From contig MNYS01000006.1 of NCBI GenBank assembly GCA_001873215.1, forward strand, positions 56,839 through 120,838: a stretch of DNA of 64,000 bases, given 5' to 3'. The notes under the pieces were generated by a model, which was not told where the DNA came from, made no database searches, and saw only the letters and a list, made by a program, of their open reading frames with translations. Shown in pieces: positions 56,326 through 64,000 of this stretch. The DNA is from Candidatus Levybacteria bacterium CG2_30_37_29. Lineage in GTDB: Bacteria > Patescibacteriota > Microgenomatia > Levybacterales > GWA1-39-11. Both the position numbers and the translations under genes were made by a program. Within the stretch, counting starts at the first letter, position 1. The number at the start of each line of letters is the position of its first letter.

Positions 56326-56853
56326 ATGGCATCACAAAAAAATATAACAAGTTTGGAAGAAATAAAGCAAAGGCTTGAGAAGGCTCAGGCGGTCTTTTTG
56401 GTTGACTATACCGGACTTACCCATATGCAGCTGGAAGATTTTAGACACGAGCTCGCAACCGTTAAAGCGGAGGTTGTAATTCTTAAAAATACATTGGTAA
56501 ACATTGCATTTAAAGATAAAAAAATTGACGTTACAGAAAAATTGAAAGGGCCACATGCAGTCATTTTTGCAAACGAAGATCCGATTGGAGCGGCAAGAGT
56601 AATCGTTGCATTTAATAAGAAAAATTCACTTCCGATTATTAAGTTTGGAATTTTTGAAAATAATATTATCGAAGAAGGAATGGTAACAACACTTTCATCA
56701 ATTCCTCCAAAAGAGGTATTATTATCAAAGCTTCTGGGACTTTTAAATTCTCCAATCACAAGTCTTGTTTATGACTTAAATTTCAATATACAGAAACTTG
56801 CAATTTTACTTAAAGAAGTTGAGAAGAAGAAAGTAGATACGGATGTATCCTAA
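56326..56853 (+). CDS. rplJ: 50S ribosomal protein L10
   Basis: N-terminal K.....E..E.L..A...FLVDY.GLT pattern. Located upstream of rplL. Confidence 0.85.
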   Translation: MASQKNITSLEEIKQRLEKAQAVFLVDYTGLTHMQLEDFRHELATVKAEVVILKNTLVNIAFKDKKIDVTEKLKGPHAVIFANEDPIGAARVIVAFNKKNSLPIIKFGIFENNIIEEGMVTTLSSIPPKEVLLSKLLGLLNSPITSLVYDLNFNIQKLAILLKEVEKKKVDTDVS

Positions 56854-56939
56854 TTTTTATTCCGAATCAATCCGAATATATATGGATAAATTTGGATTAA
56901 AAATTCGTATAAATTAGTATTGAGAGGTGGTGACTACAT

Positions 56940-57332
56940 ATGGCAAAAACAAATACAGAAGAATTATTAAAACAAATTGAAGAAATGTCCGTTTTGGAAC
57001 TTTCGGAGCTCGTAAAGGCTTTGGAGGAAAAGTTTGGCGTTACAGCCGCGGCTCCAGTCGCAGTTGCAGCAGCTGCAGGAGCAGCTCCGGCAGCAGACGG
57101 AGAGCCAGCTGAAGAACAAACAGTCTTCAATGTGGTCATCGCATCTTCAGGTGCAAATAAATTAAGCGTAATTAAGACATTGCGAGAACTCGCCCCAACA
57201 TTGGGACTTAAAGAAGCAAAAGACTTAGTTGATGCAGCACCAAAAGAAGTGTTGACAGCAGTTAATAAAAAAGTTGCCGAGGAAGCAAAAGAAAAGCTTA
57301 CTGCGGCCGGAGCAACAGTTGAGTTGAAGTAA
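56940..57332 (+). CDS. rplL: 50S ribosomal protein L7/L12
   Basis: Ala-rich hinge and C-terminal domain ...[11 protein letters not shown].......[17 protein letters not shown]. Confidence 0.9.
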   Translation: MAKTNTEELLKQIEEMSVLELSELVKALEEKFGVTAAAPVAVAAAAGAAPAADGEPAEEQTVFNVVIASSGANKLSVIKTLRELAPTLGLKEAKDLVDAAPKEVLTAVNKKVAEEAKEKLTAAGATVELK

Positions 57333-57349
57333 TCTTTTTTATTACTGAA

Positions 57350-57381
57350 AAAAAGCTCTCTTTTTTTGAGAGCTTTTTTTG
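57350..57381 (+). terminator. rho-independent terminator after rplL
   Basis: AAGCTCTC-TTTTTTT-GAGAGCTT hairpin followed by a T-run. Confidence 0.7.
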
Positions 57382-57411
57382 TGGCAACTTTTTTTCTTCC
57401 GCTTCGCTTCA

Positions 57412-57480
57412 GATAAAAAAACAGCAGAAGAAGCTAAGGAAAAATTGACAGCCGCAGGTGCTACTGTTGAATTAAAATAA
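57412..57480 (+). pseudogene. degenerate duplicate of the rplL 3' end (encodes ..[19 protein letters not shown])
   Basis: Nineteen codons ending in TAA give the same peptide as the rplL C-terminus, but with synonymous substitutions at most third positions. Confidence 0.6.
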
Positions 57481-57521
57481 GCTCTTTCGTCCTTCGGACG
57501 ACAAGCCCCTGAGGGAAGAGC
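57481..57521 (+). terminator. stem-loop GCTCTT..(UUCG hairpin)..AAGAGC
   Basis: GCTCTTTCGTCCTTCGGACGACAAGCCCCTGAGGGAAGAGC nested hairpin directly after the rplL remnant stop. Confidence 0.4.
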
Positions 57522-57605
57522 TTTCTTCAGCTTCAATTCCTCCCCAATAAAATTGGGGTTTCCTTGAAGCTTTAGATAGTTTTAGTTTCTCTGAAGTTTA
57601 CAAAA

Positions 57606-57631
57606 GGCCCCGATTAAATCGGGGTTTTTTT
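57606..57631 (+). terminator. rho-independent terminator (GGCCCCGATTAAATCGGGG + T7)
   Basis: Hairpin plus T-run read directly. Confidence 0.6.
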
Positions 57632-57678
57632 GTTGGAAAATATTTGCAAATATCTTTTATTTAAGACATAATCGAATC

Positions 57679-58299
57679 ATGAGTGAGCTAGGTGAAGGAC
57701 CGTCTACAAATAATACAACCATAGAAACAGTACGTGCAATTCCCGAAAGCAGAAATCAAATAATTACCAAAAGAGAAGAAATCCCAACATTAGTAGAGTT
57801 GCCTTTAGTCGAAGCATGTGAAAATTTGTATGACAGAAATATTCAGACACTTTCTTCTTCCGCAAATTCTAATGATATAAATCCTGAAAATCCCGATAAC
57901 AGTTTTGCAAATATTATTATTGATTACAATTCATTATCCGGGGAAAATAAAAAAATTGTTGAAATTTTAATAAAAGATGGGAAAGCTGACATGATTGGCA
58001 ATTATGACAATAGAGCTGTAGTTCGTCTGCGTTTTCCATTAGCAAGAGGCACACAGGTAAAAGAATTGCAAGAAGTCTCGGTTTGGATTTCGGAGCAATT
58101 TAGAAAACAGCCAATGACATGGGCTCCAACGATGAATGTCGATGATGTTGCTAAAATGTATATGTCAGAAGAAGTAAAAGATGTGGATCCGCAAAAACTT
58201 GCTGAAGAAATTGGATATTATTATTCACCTGAAGAAAAACTTTTCTATCTAAGCGAAGAACATTATAAAAAAGTTAAAGACGGTTTGGTTACTGGATGA
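57679..58299 (+). CDS. hypothetical protein
   Basis: 206-aa acidic ORF. Confidence 0.5.
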   Translation: MSELGEGPSTNNTTIETVRAIPESRNQIITKREEIPTLVELPLVEACENLYDRNIQTLSSSANSNDINPENPDNSFANIIIDYNSLSGENKKIVEILIKDGKADMIGNYDNRAVVRLRFPLARGTQVKELQEVSVWISEQFRKQPMTWAPTMNVDDVAKMYMSEEVKDVDPQKLAEEIGYYYSPEEKLFYLSEEHYKKVKDGLVTG

Positions 58300-59323
58300 T
58301 GTCGCTTAGGGATTCCCCGACATATATCCGTTTTATCGCTTCGGCAAGAAGAGGGGCAATAGAAATTACTTGAATTTTAGGATACTTTTTTGCTTTAGGA
58401 TTAAGCTTGATAGAATCCGTAACAAAAACCGTATTTATCTTTGATGCATTAATTCTTTCAATTGCGGGATTTGAAAAAAGGCCATGAGTGGCCGCAACCG
58501 AAACACTTTTTGCACCCCGCTCTATAAGCATATCCGTAGCATTCACTATTGTTCCTGCAGTGTCTATCATGTCATCAACGAGAAGAACCTCTTTTCCTTC
58601 CACGTCTCCTATCATGCCTAGAGCTTCCGATTTATTTGCAACATCAACGTCTCGTTGTTTGAAAACCATTGCCACTCCTTGCGACTGCAGCCTTTTCGCG
58701 TAAGCAGTGGCTCTTGTCATGCCGCCCTTATCAGGAGAAGCAACCACAAGATTATCGTTTGAAAAATGGTTTTTTAAAACAGGAAGCACAGCAATGCTGG
58801 CATGCAGATTATCCCATGGAATATTTACAAATCCTTCCTCGGGTTCCGAGTGAAGGTCTAAAGTAACAATTCTGTCCGCGCCGGCTGCTTCAATTTCACG
58901 GGCAACAAGAGCTGCAGAAATCGGTACTCTTGACCTGTCTTTTCTGTCTTGTCTCGCATAACCAAAATATGGAACTATTGCCGTTATTTCACTTGCCGAT
59001 GACCTTCTTGCCGCATCAAGCATGAATTTTAATTCTGCCAGATTATTATTTACCGGAGGAGAAGAAGGTTGGACAACGAATACATCACGCCTTCTGATGT
59101 TATCGGGAATTCTAATTCGTGTTTCTCCATCTGCAAATCGACCGGCAGTTTCCTGAATTTTGGTTTTCAATATTCTTCCAACTTGACGGGCAAGATCTTT
59201 ATTTCCGTTTCCTGTAATAATTGAAAAATCAGGGGTGAATAAAACTGTTTCGGGGTAAGGGTATCTTCCTGTGTCAAGAAGATTATATGGTCTTGTTCCA
59301 AGATCTCGTTCTGCTCCTGCCAT
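58289..59323 (-). CDS. prs: ribose-phosphate pyrophosphokinase
   Basis: PRPP-binding loop VLLVDDMIDTAGT, flexible loop, N-terminal domain DLHS. Confidence 0.85.
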   Translation of the reverse strand: MAGAERDLGTRPYNLLDTGRYPYPETVLFTPDFSIITGNGNKDLARQVGRILKTKIQETAGRFADGETRIRIPDNIRRRDVFVVQPSSPPVNNNLAELKFMLDAARRSSASEITAIVPYFGYARQDRKDRSRVPISAALVAREIEAAGADRIVTLDLHSEPEEGFVNIPWDNLHASIAVLPVLKNHFSNDNLVVASPDKGGMTRATAYAKRLQSQGVAMVFKQRDVDVANKSEALGMIGDVEGKEVLLVDDMIDTAGTIVNATDMLIERGAKSVSVAATHGLFSNPAIERINASKINTVFVTDSIKLNPKAKKYPKIQVISIAPLLAEAIKRIYVGESLSDIIQ

Positions 59324-59479
59324 GCCAAAATTATAGCAGAAGAAAAATCGTACTCAAGAGGCAATAATTGAGTTTGGCTCGGTATGATTACCCATGTTGA
59401 AGCTTAATGTGCTAAAAATCCTTATGGAATGTAATTCTTTGTTGAAAAATACGCACGTCTCCTGTATAATCAATAAACT

Positions 59480-59740
59480 ATGGCAAGCAAATGCAGCAAT
59501 TGTGGTAAAAGTAGAATGATGGGACATAAAGTGTCTCACGCGAAAAATAGGACAAACCATGCTTTCAAGCCAAACCTTCAAAATAAAAAAATTGAAGTAG
59601 AGGGGCGAAAAATTTCCGTGAAGATTTGTACTAACTGTATAAAGCTTATGAAAAAGATTACCAAGGATAAGCTTGCAAAAATCGCTTTGAAACAAGCACA
59701 ATTAGATACACAATCCCAAACTCCCTTGATAACTCCGTAA
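59480..59740 (+). CDS. rpmB: 50S ribosomal protein L28 (with C-terminal extension)
   Basis: M.SKCSNCGK....G..VSH...RT...F.PNLQ......G....V..CT.C.K. Confidence 0.75.
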   Translation: MASKCSNCGKSRMMGHKVSHAKNRTNHAFKPNLQNKKIEVEGRKISVKICTNCIKLMKKITKDKLAKIALKQAQLDTQSQTPLITP

Positions 59741-59776
59741 GTAGTTTTCTTAAAGGTTTTAAATATTCTGTAAAGT

Positions 59777-60610
59777 TTAAGTAAGTTTTAATTTTTCTAA
59801 AACGTTTTTTGCGTCTTTGCCGTAGCCGTTTATAAAGTCTTTATAGCTTACCGCATTTTTTCCTTCAACTTGAATCTTTTTTTGCGGGAATAATTTGATG
59901 AGTTTCTTTTCGCCACCGAGTGATGCAGTAAGATATATACCCGGCCAAGGAAAAAATGCCCTAATTTTTCGGTCCAGATCTTCTGAGTTTGGGAGTTTAT
60001 TTAAGTCAATAGATCCATCTTTCTTTTCTATTTTTTGCGTCCAAAGTTCTTTTTTATGGTCTTGAGGTATTTCCTGAAATTCCGTTCCTTTTTCAAGTTT
60101 TTGTATAATCTTTTCAATCAGACTTGCGCCAAGAAAAAATAGTTTTTCAGTAAGCACTAACATGGTTTCATCACCGTTTAAAGACATTTCAATTTGTCCT
60201 AAAATTGGTCCATGATCTACCTTATCGTCAAGTTTTATAATTGTAGTTCCGCTTTTTTTATCGCCATTAAGAATTGTAAATTGAACAGGTGACGGACCTT
60301 TATATTTTGGTAAAAGACTTGGATGAATATTAAAAATTCCTAAAGGAAAAATACTAATTATTTTTTTTGGAATGATTGCGCCATAGCTTGCGAGAATTCC
60401 AAGAGTCGGTTTTAGCTGTTCTATTTTCTCAATATCAATCTTTTCTTTTAATCTTGATTGGATAAAAGGAATATTATTTTTTTCCAAGTATGTTACAAAT
60501 TTTCCTTCAACTTCAGTTGTCACAACAAGTTGCAAATTGTGTTGTCGCAATTTTTCAACAATCGGAATGACATAATATCCCGAACCGAAAAATACAATCC
60601 GTTGCTTCAT
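59777..60610 (-). CDS. fmt: methionyl-tRNA formyltransferase
   Basis: RIVFFGSG..., NIHPSLLPKYKG (formyltransferase SLLP motif). Confidence 0.85.
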   Translation of the reverse strand: MKQRIVFFGSGYYVIPIVEKLRQHNLQLVVTTEVEGKFVTYLEKNNIPFIQSRLKEKIDIEKIEQLKPTLGILASYGAIIPKKIISIFPLGIFNIHPSLLPKYKGPSPVQFTILNGDKKSGTTIIKLDDKVDHGPILGQIEMSLNGDETMLVLTEKLFFLGASLIEKIIQKLEKGTEFQEIPQDHKKELWTQKIEKKDGSIDLNKLPNSEDLDRKIRAFFPWPGIYLTASLGGEKKLIKLFPQKKIQVEGKNAVSYKDFINGYGKDAKNVLEKLKLT

Positions 60611-60672
60611 ATACGTATTTTACCACTAAATGGTTTGAATTGGAGAGCTCTTAGGGGTATAATTATCGCTCT

Positions 60673-61755
60673 ATGAGTCAAATAGAAAGACATATTGTAA
60701 GAAAAAGGGTTCCGGGGCTACCAGGACAAATGGGATTTGAAGGAGTAGAGTTTATCGAAAGAAATCCTGACAGAAGTAGATTGGTTGAATCTTTTCCCGT
60801 TTTAAACAACCATCCAAAAATTAGATACAATGACGAAAATGGTAAGCCATATATTCTTTATTACCCTCCGGTAACAGGCCAGCCTGCAGGTAAAAAGATG
60901 GCACAGAGGGAGTGGCGGGAGTTTGATGATGTTGAAAGTGCTCTCCGCGCAGAAACCCTTATAAGAGATATTTACGATAAAGATGATGGTGACGTCGCCG
61001 CTAGAACGAAAAGCGTTATTCGCATGGTAAGCTCTCTCTCAAAACAATTTATGGGGCAGGTTTCAAAAGAAGACTTGATGGAGATGGAAAAACTTGCGGC
61101 AAAAGTTTTTGTGGAAGAAAAATTTGCAAACGCAGTTTCAGAAGAAAAACAAATGGTAGTCAGGCAGGTATTAAAAGCAACAAGGAAAGATATTCGTGAA
61201 CAAATAAATCCTCCTCGTTCAGAAATGATTCTTGGACATGTAAGAGTGGGGCTTGTGCAGGAGCGTATAGTAGAGCAAATAACAAATAAAGCGCATAAAG
61301 GCGTAGTGGAGACTTTAAAACGGGAGCGTGCGGTAGAGCGTTTTATGCTTGAGCAGGCCGCTGATTACGCAGAGTATGTATCGACATTAAAACCCGGAAT
61401 CGGTTCCCCATTAAGAAATGCTCTGCCCGGAATAGAAGATTTTTTCAGAAGAAACATGTCTCACGAAATAATTAGATTAAAACCTTATTCTGACGTTGCG
61501 GTAGAGTCAAGGTTTTTAGTTGCCGGCCGCGCCGATAATTTAATTGATCAAGCCATTTTAAAAGGTTATCTTGGAGAACAAGAAGCGAGTCGTTTGCTAA
61601 ATTTCGGTGTGCCACAAATAAGACATATAACAGTGTCAAGTTTTCATAACAGATTGCTTGGAATAGCCTCTAAAATACGTTCCGTATTAAGTCAAGGAGA
61701 CATTAACCTTTTACCTGAAGAACAAAGACCGACGCCAAAAGGACTTTTTGGATAA
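60673..61755 (+). CDS. hypothetical protein
   Basis: 360-aa ORF, no recognisable motif. Confidence 0.5.
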   Translation: MSQIERHIVRKRVPGLPGQMGFEGVEFIERNPDRSRLVESFPVLNNHPKIRYNDENGKPYILYYPPVTGQPAGKKMAQREWREFDDVESALRAETLIRDIYDKDDGDVAARTKSVIRMVSSLSKQFMGQVSKEDLMEMEKLAAKVFVEEKFANAVSEEKQMVVRQVLKATRKDIREQINPPRSEMILGHVRVGLVQERIVEQITNKAHKGVVETLKRERAVERFMLEQAADYAEYVSTLKPGIGSPLRNALPGIEDFFRRNMSHEIIRLKPYSDVAVESRFLVAGRADNLIDQAILKGYLGEQEASRLLNFGVPQIRHITVSSFHNRLLGIASKIRSVLSQGDINLLPEEQRPTPKGLFG

Positions 61756-61768
61756 ACGTCAGTAAACT

Positions 61769-62257
61769 TTAATTGCTTGATATTACCGGTACTGATATAA
61801 ATTCTGCAATTTTTTTGATCGCATCAAATCCTGTATTGTTTTGTTTTTTTAGGTTCATGTTTATGTTTAAAGAGTATTCTTCCCCGTTTGCTAAACAAAA
61901 TGTTAAACTATCTCGATAAAAAAATAATAATTTCTGTTTGATTAATTTAATTTGAATGATCGATGGAATACTTAATTCTTTATTGAAAGTAAATGGATAA
62001 ATTACCCTTTTTATTTTTATTTGTCCGTTTGTTTTATCTATTATAATACTTAATTTGTGATGGCCAAACATAAATCCTAATAAAAAATCAAGAATACCAG
62101 ATATAAAGTAGTATCCTACGAGATCCGTTTTAAAAAAGCCAGTAAAAATAAAAATGGTGCCTATAACAAAAATCAAAATAAGAGGTAAGAAGCCGGCATA
62201 AAAAACATGACCTTCATAAAACTCCAAATTTTCTTCAGATTCTTTAGTAATTTCCAT
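61769..62257 (-). CDS. hypothetical membrane protein
   Basis: 162 aa, two or three TM helices. Confidence 0.45.
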   Translation of the reverse strand: MEITKESEENLEFYEGHVFYAGFLPLILIFVIGTIFIFTGFFKTDLVGYYFISGILDFLLGFMFGHHKLSIIIDKTNGQIKIKRVIYPFTFNKELSIPSIIQIKLIKQKLLFFYRDSLTFCLANGEEYSLNINMNLKKQNNTGFDAIKKIAEFISVPVISSN

Positions 62258-62260
62258 TAT

Positions 62261-62839
62261 CTAAATTTCTATTTCATCAAACACGTCTTCGCCTTTTTTA
62301 TTTTTATGGGATCTGTATAGTTGTTCTTTTTGTTCCATCACATGTTTTGTAAAAAGTATTCCGTTAAGATGGTCCATTTCGTGTTGTATAATAACAGCAG
62401 GAAATCCCTTAAAATGTTTTGTATGAAAAGTTCCATCTTCATCCTGCCATGCAAGAGTCAATTCTTTTTTCCTGCTAACATTCCCCCAAATATTTGGTAA
62501 TGAAAGACAGCCCTCAAGCAGTTTTTTCTTTGACGATTTTGGCTTGTTTGCTTCAATTTTTTTTGAGTTAGAAAACTTTAAAACGGCCTCATCTTTTGAT
62601 TCATGTTTTATAACAGGATTTATATAAATTGAAGTAGGTGATTGATCGCTTGGTTTTGTTAAAAAAAGACGAAAAGAAAGACCAACTTGAGGTGCAGCAA
62701 GTCCCACGCCGACGGGATCAACTGTTGCGATAAGAGTTTTCTCCATGTCGATAATTATATTTTTCAATTTTCTATCAAATTTTTTGACCGGCTTAGATTT
62801 TGTTATCAAGATTGGATTTGGAGTAGTAATAATTTTCAT
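62261..62839 (-). CDS. def: peptide deformylase
   Basis: GVGLAAPQVG, EGCLSLP, QHEMDHLNG motifs. Confidence 0.85.
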   Translation of the reverse strand: MKIITTPNPILITKSKPVKKFDRKLKNIIIDMEKTLIATVDPVGVGLAAPQVGLSFRLFLTKPSDQSPTSIYINPVIKHESKDEAVLKFSNSKKIEANKPKSSKKKLLEGCLSLPNIWGNVSRKKELTLAWQDEDGTFHTKHFKGFPAVIIQHEMDHLNGILFTKHVMEQKEQLYRSHKNKKGEDVFDEIEI

Positions 62840-62878
62840 AAGGCGAATAGTTTACCACCAAAACTTGCTCTATTCAAC

Positions 62879-64000
62879 TTAATATTTTCCTTCAAGGCTT
62901 TTGAGAAGCTCTTGCGCTTCTTTTTTCGGGGCGATATTTTCAAGTATGTACTTAAGATGGCTTGCCGCATCCCTTCTTAATTCGCGGGCTTTTGCCGGAT
63001 TTTTAGCGTCATAATCTTGCGCAAGCTTTATGTTAATTGCCGCAAAGGCATTATGCGCATCTTCATAATTTGGTTTTAGAAAAAGGGATTTTTGTAAGTA
63101 TTCTATTCCTTTTTGCTCGTCTCCTTTTTGGTTATAAAATAGCGCGAGATTATATGCAATTTTTGCGTCAGTTGGCGCAAGCTGTTCGGCTCTTTGAATT
63201 GATTTAACCGCTTCATCAATATATGCAGGATTCAATTGCGCAAGCGTATATAGAATACGGGTGCGGGACTTGAAAAATACGACGTTATTCGGGTGTTTTT
63301 GGATAACTTCATCTGAAAATTGTTTTGCTTGATTGGCAAATTGCGCGGCTTGGGTTGATTGGTTTTGTTGTTGTAGTACAACCGAGAGAGTTGCCAGATT
63401 TACCGCAAGTTCGTCTTTAAAAATATCTTCACCAGGTCTAAGTTTTAGAGCATTTGTTAGTGGTTCGTTGGCCTGACCGTACTCACCGATTCTATTAAGA
63501 TTGTAGCCCAGTGCATATTTTTGGTCTGCCACCCAATAAGTTATAAGCATAAATTCTAAATATAAAATAACAAGCCCGACTATAACAATCAAAATGTATT
63601 TACCTGAGGTGATAGAATTGTCATCATGCGATTTATAATTTTGTAAAGATGGATCTTGTTTTTTCCAGACAGGAATACTAAATGTTTTCATTAAAGAAGA
63701 AGGAATTTCCAGTTCATAAAATAATAAAGGAATAAAGAATAAAAATAAGTTAACAATAACAACGGAAAATCCAAAAAAATTCGAAATAAGGATTGTCGCA
63801 AAACTTCCAATCAGAGCAAGAGAGATAGGAAAGTAAGAAAAGTCATGAGTCTTTCTTTTTATTAAATCTCTAATCGCTTTTATCAAAAACAAAAAAATAA
63901 ATGCAAGATATGTGCCAAGTCCAAAAGCGCCCGTTGTCGCCAGATAATTTAAATATTCGTTATGGGCCTTATTGTATAAATAATCCCACTCGGAAGTCAG
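62879..64000 (-). CDS. O-antigen ligase-like (Wzy_C) membrane protein with C-terminal TPR repeats; 5' end beyond window
   Basis: Frame stays open to the window edge. AHNEYLNYLATTGAFGLG matches the Wzy_C signature. The C-terminal 250 aa are TPR-like (AYNLALFYNQKGDEQKGIEY...). Confidence 0.6.
   Translation of the reverse strand: MTSEWDYLYNKAHNEYLNYLATTGAFGLGTYLAFIFLFLIKAIRDLIKRKTHDFSYFPISLALIGSFATILISNFFGFSVVIVNLFLFFIPLLFYELEIPSSLMKTFSIPVWKKQDPSLQNYKSHDDNSITSGKYILIVIVGLVILYLEFMLITYWVADQKYALGYNLNRIGEYGQANEPLTNALKLRPGEDIFKDELAVNLATLSVVLQQQNQSTQAAQFANQAKQFSDEVIQKHPNNVVFFKSRTRILYTLAQLNPAYIDEAVKSIQRAEQLAPTDAKIAYNLALFYNQKGDEQKGIEYLQKSLFLKPNYEDAHNAFAAINIKLAQDYDAKNPAKARELRRDAASHLKYILENIAPKKEAQELLKSLEGKY

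Noticed and set aside
57481-57521. Shared UCCUUCGGACGA hairpin at 14830 and 57489 as a repeat family
   Set aside because: Only a 12-nt UUCG-tetraloop hairpin is shared. This is too short to distinguish from chance.

Overview
This 64-kb window is low-GC (~35-40%), gene-dense, has many short overlapping operons, and encodes a minimal housekeeping core. The genome is consistent with a small-genome Patescibacteria/CPR-like bacterium; that placement is inference from gene content, not a database hit. Recognisable core genes include secE-nusG-rplK-rplA, rplJ-rplL, era, argS, ndk, truB, rnhB, galU, prs, fmt, def, rpmB, dprA, mreC-mreD-mrdA, a DsbA/DsbB-like pair, an MFS transporter, an M16 peptidase, two L,D-transpeptidase paralogs, a VanW-like protein, a PAP2 phosphatase and a sortase-like protein. 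There are four tRNAs: Thr-GGT, Trp-CCA, Pro-CGG and Arg-CCT.

Accessory content: (1) a six-gene operon (48.8-56.0 kb) encoding a complex related to group-4 [NiFe]-hydrogenase / complex I / Mrp, whose NuoB-like and NuoD-like subunits have lost the metal-ligand cysteines, i.e. an Ehr-type 'energy-converting hydrogenase-related' module. (2) A ~2.3-kb high-GC (~55%) compositional island at 14.75-17.1 kb, carrying small Arg/Ala-rich and membrane ORFs on the minus strand. (3) An AbrB/MazE-like small gene followed by a 434-aa protein with a ParB-like nuclease domain. (4) A RelE/ParE-type toxin-antitoxin cassette bracketed by a repeated CCCTTGCCAAAAGAGG motif. (5) A Fic toxin with an upstream overlapping small ORF carrying an S-x-x-x-E-G inhibitory motif. 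(6) A tandem array of paralogous Pro-rich, membrane-anchored secreted proteins around a PP2C phosphatase. (7) A short AT-rich repeat (AATTGAAAATT-type) inserted in-frame into argS (twice, in opposite orientations) and into mrdA, with further intergenic copies. (8) Two near-identical 55-bp palindromic MITE-like elements. (9) A degenerate second copy of the rplL 3' end.

No CRISPR array and no rRNA were detected.
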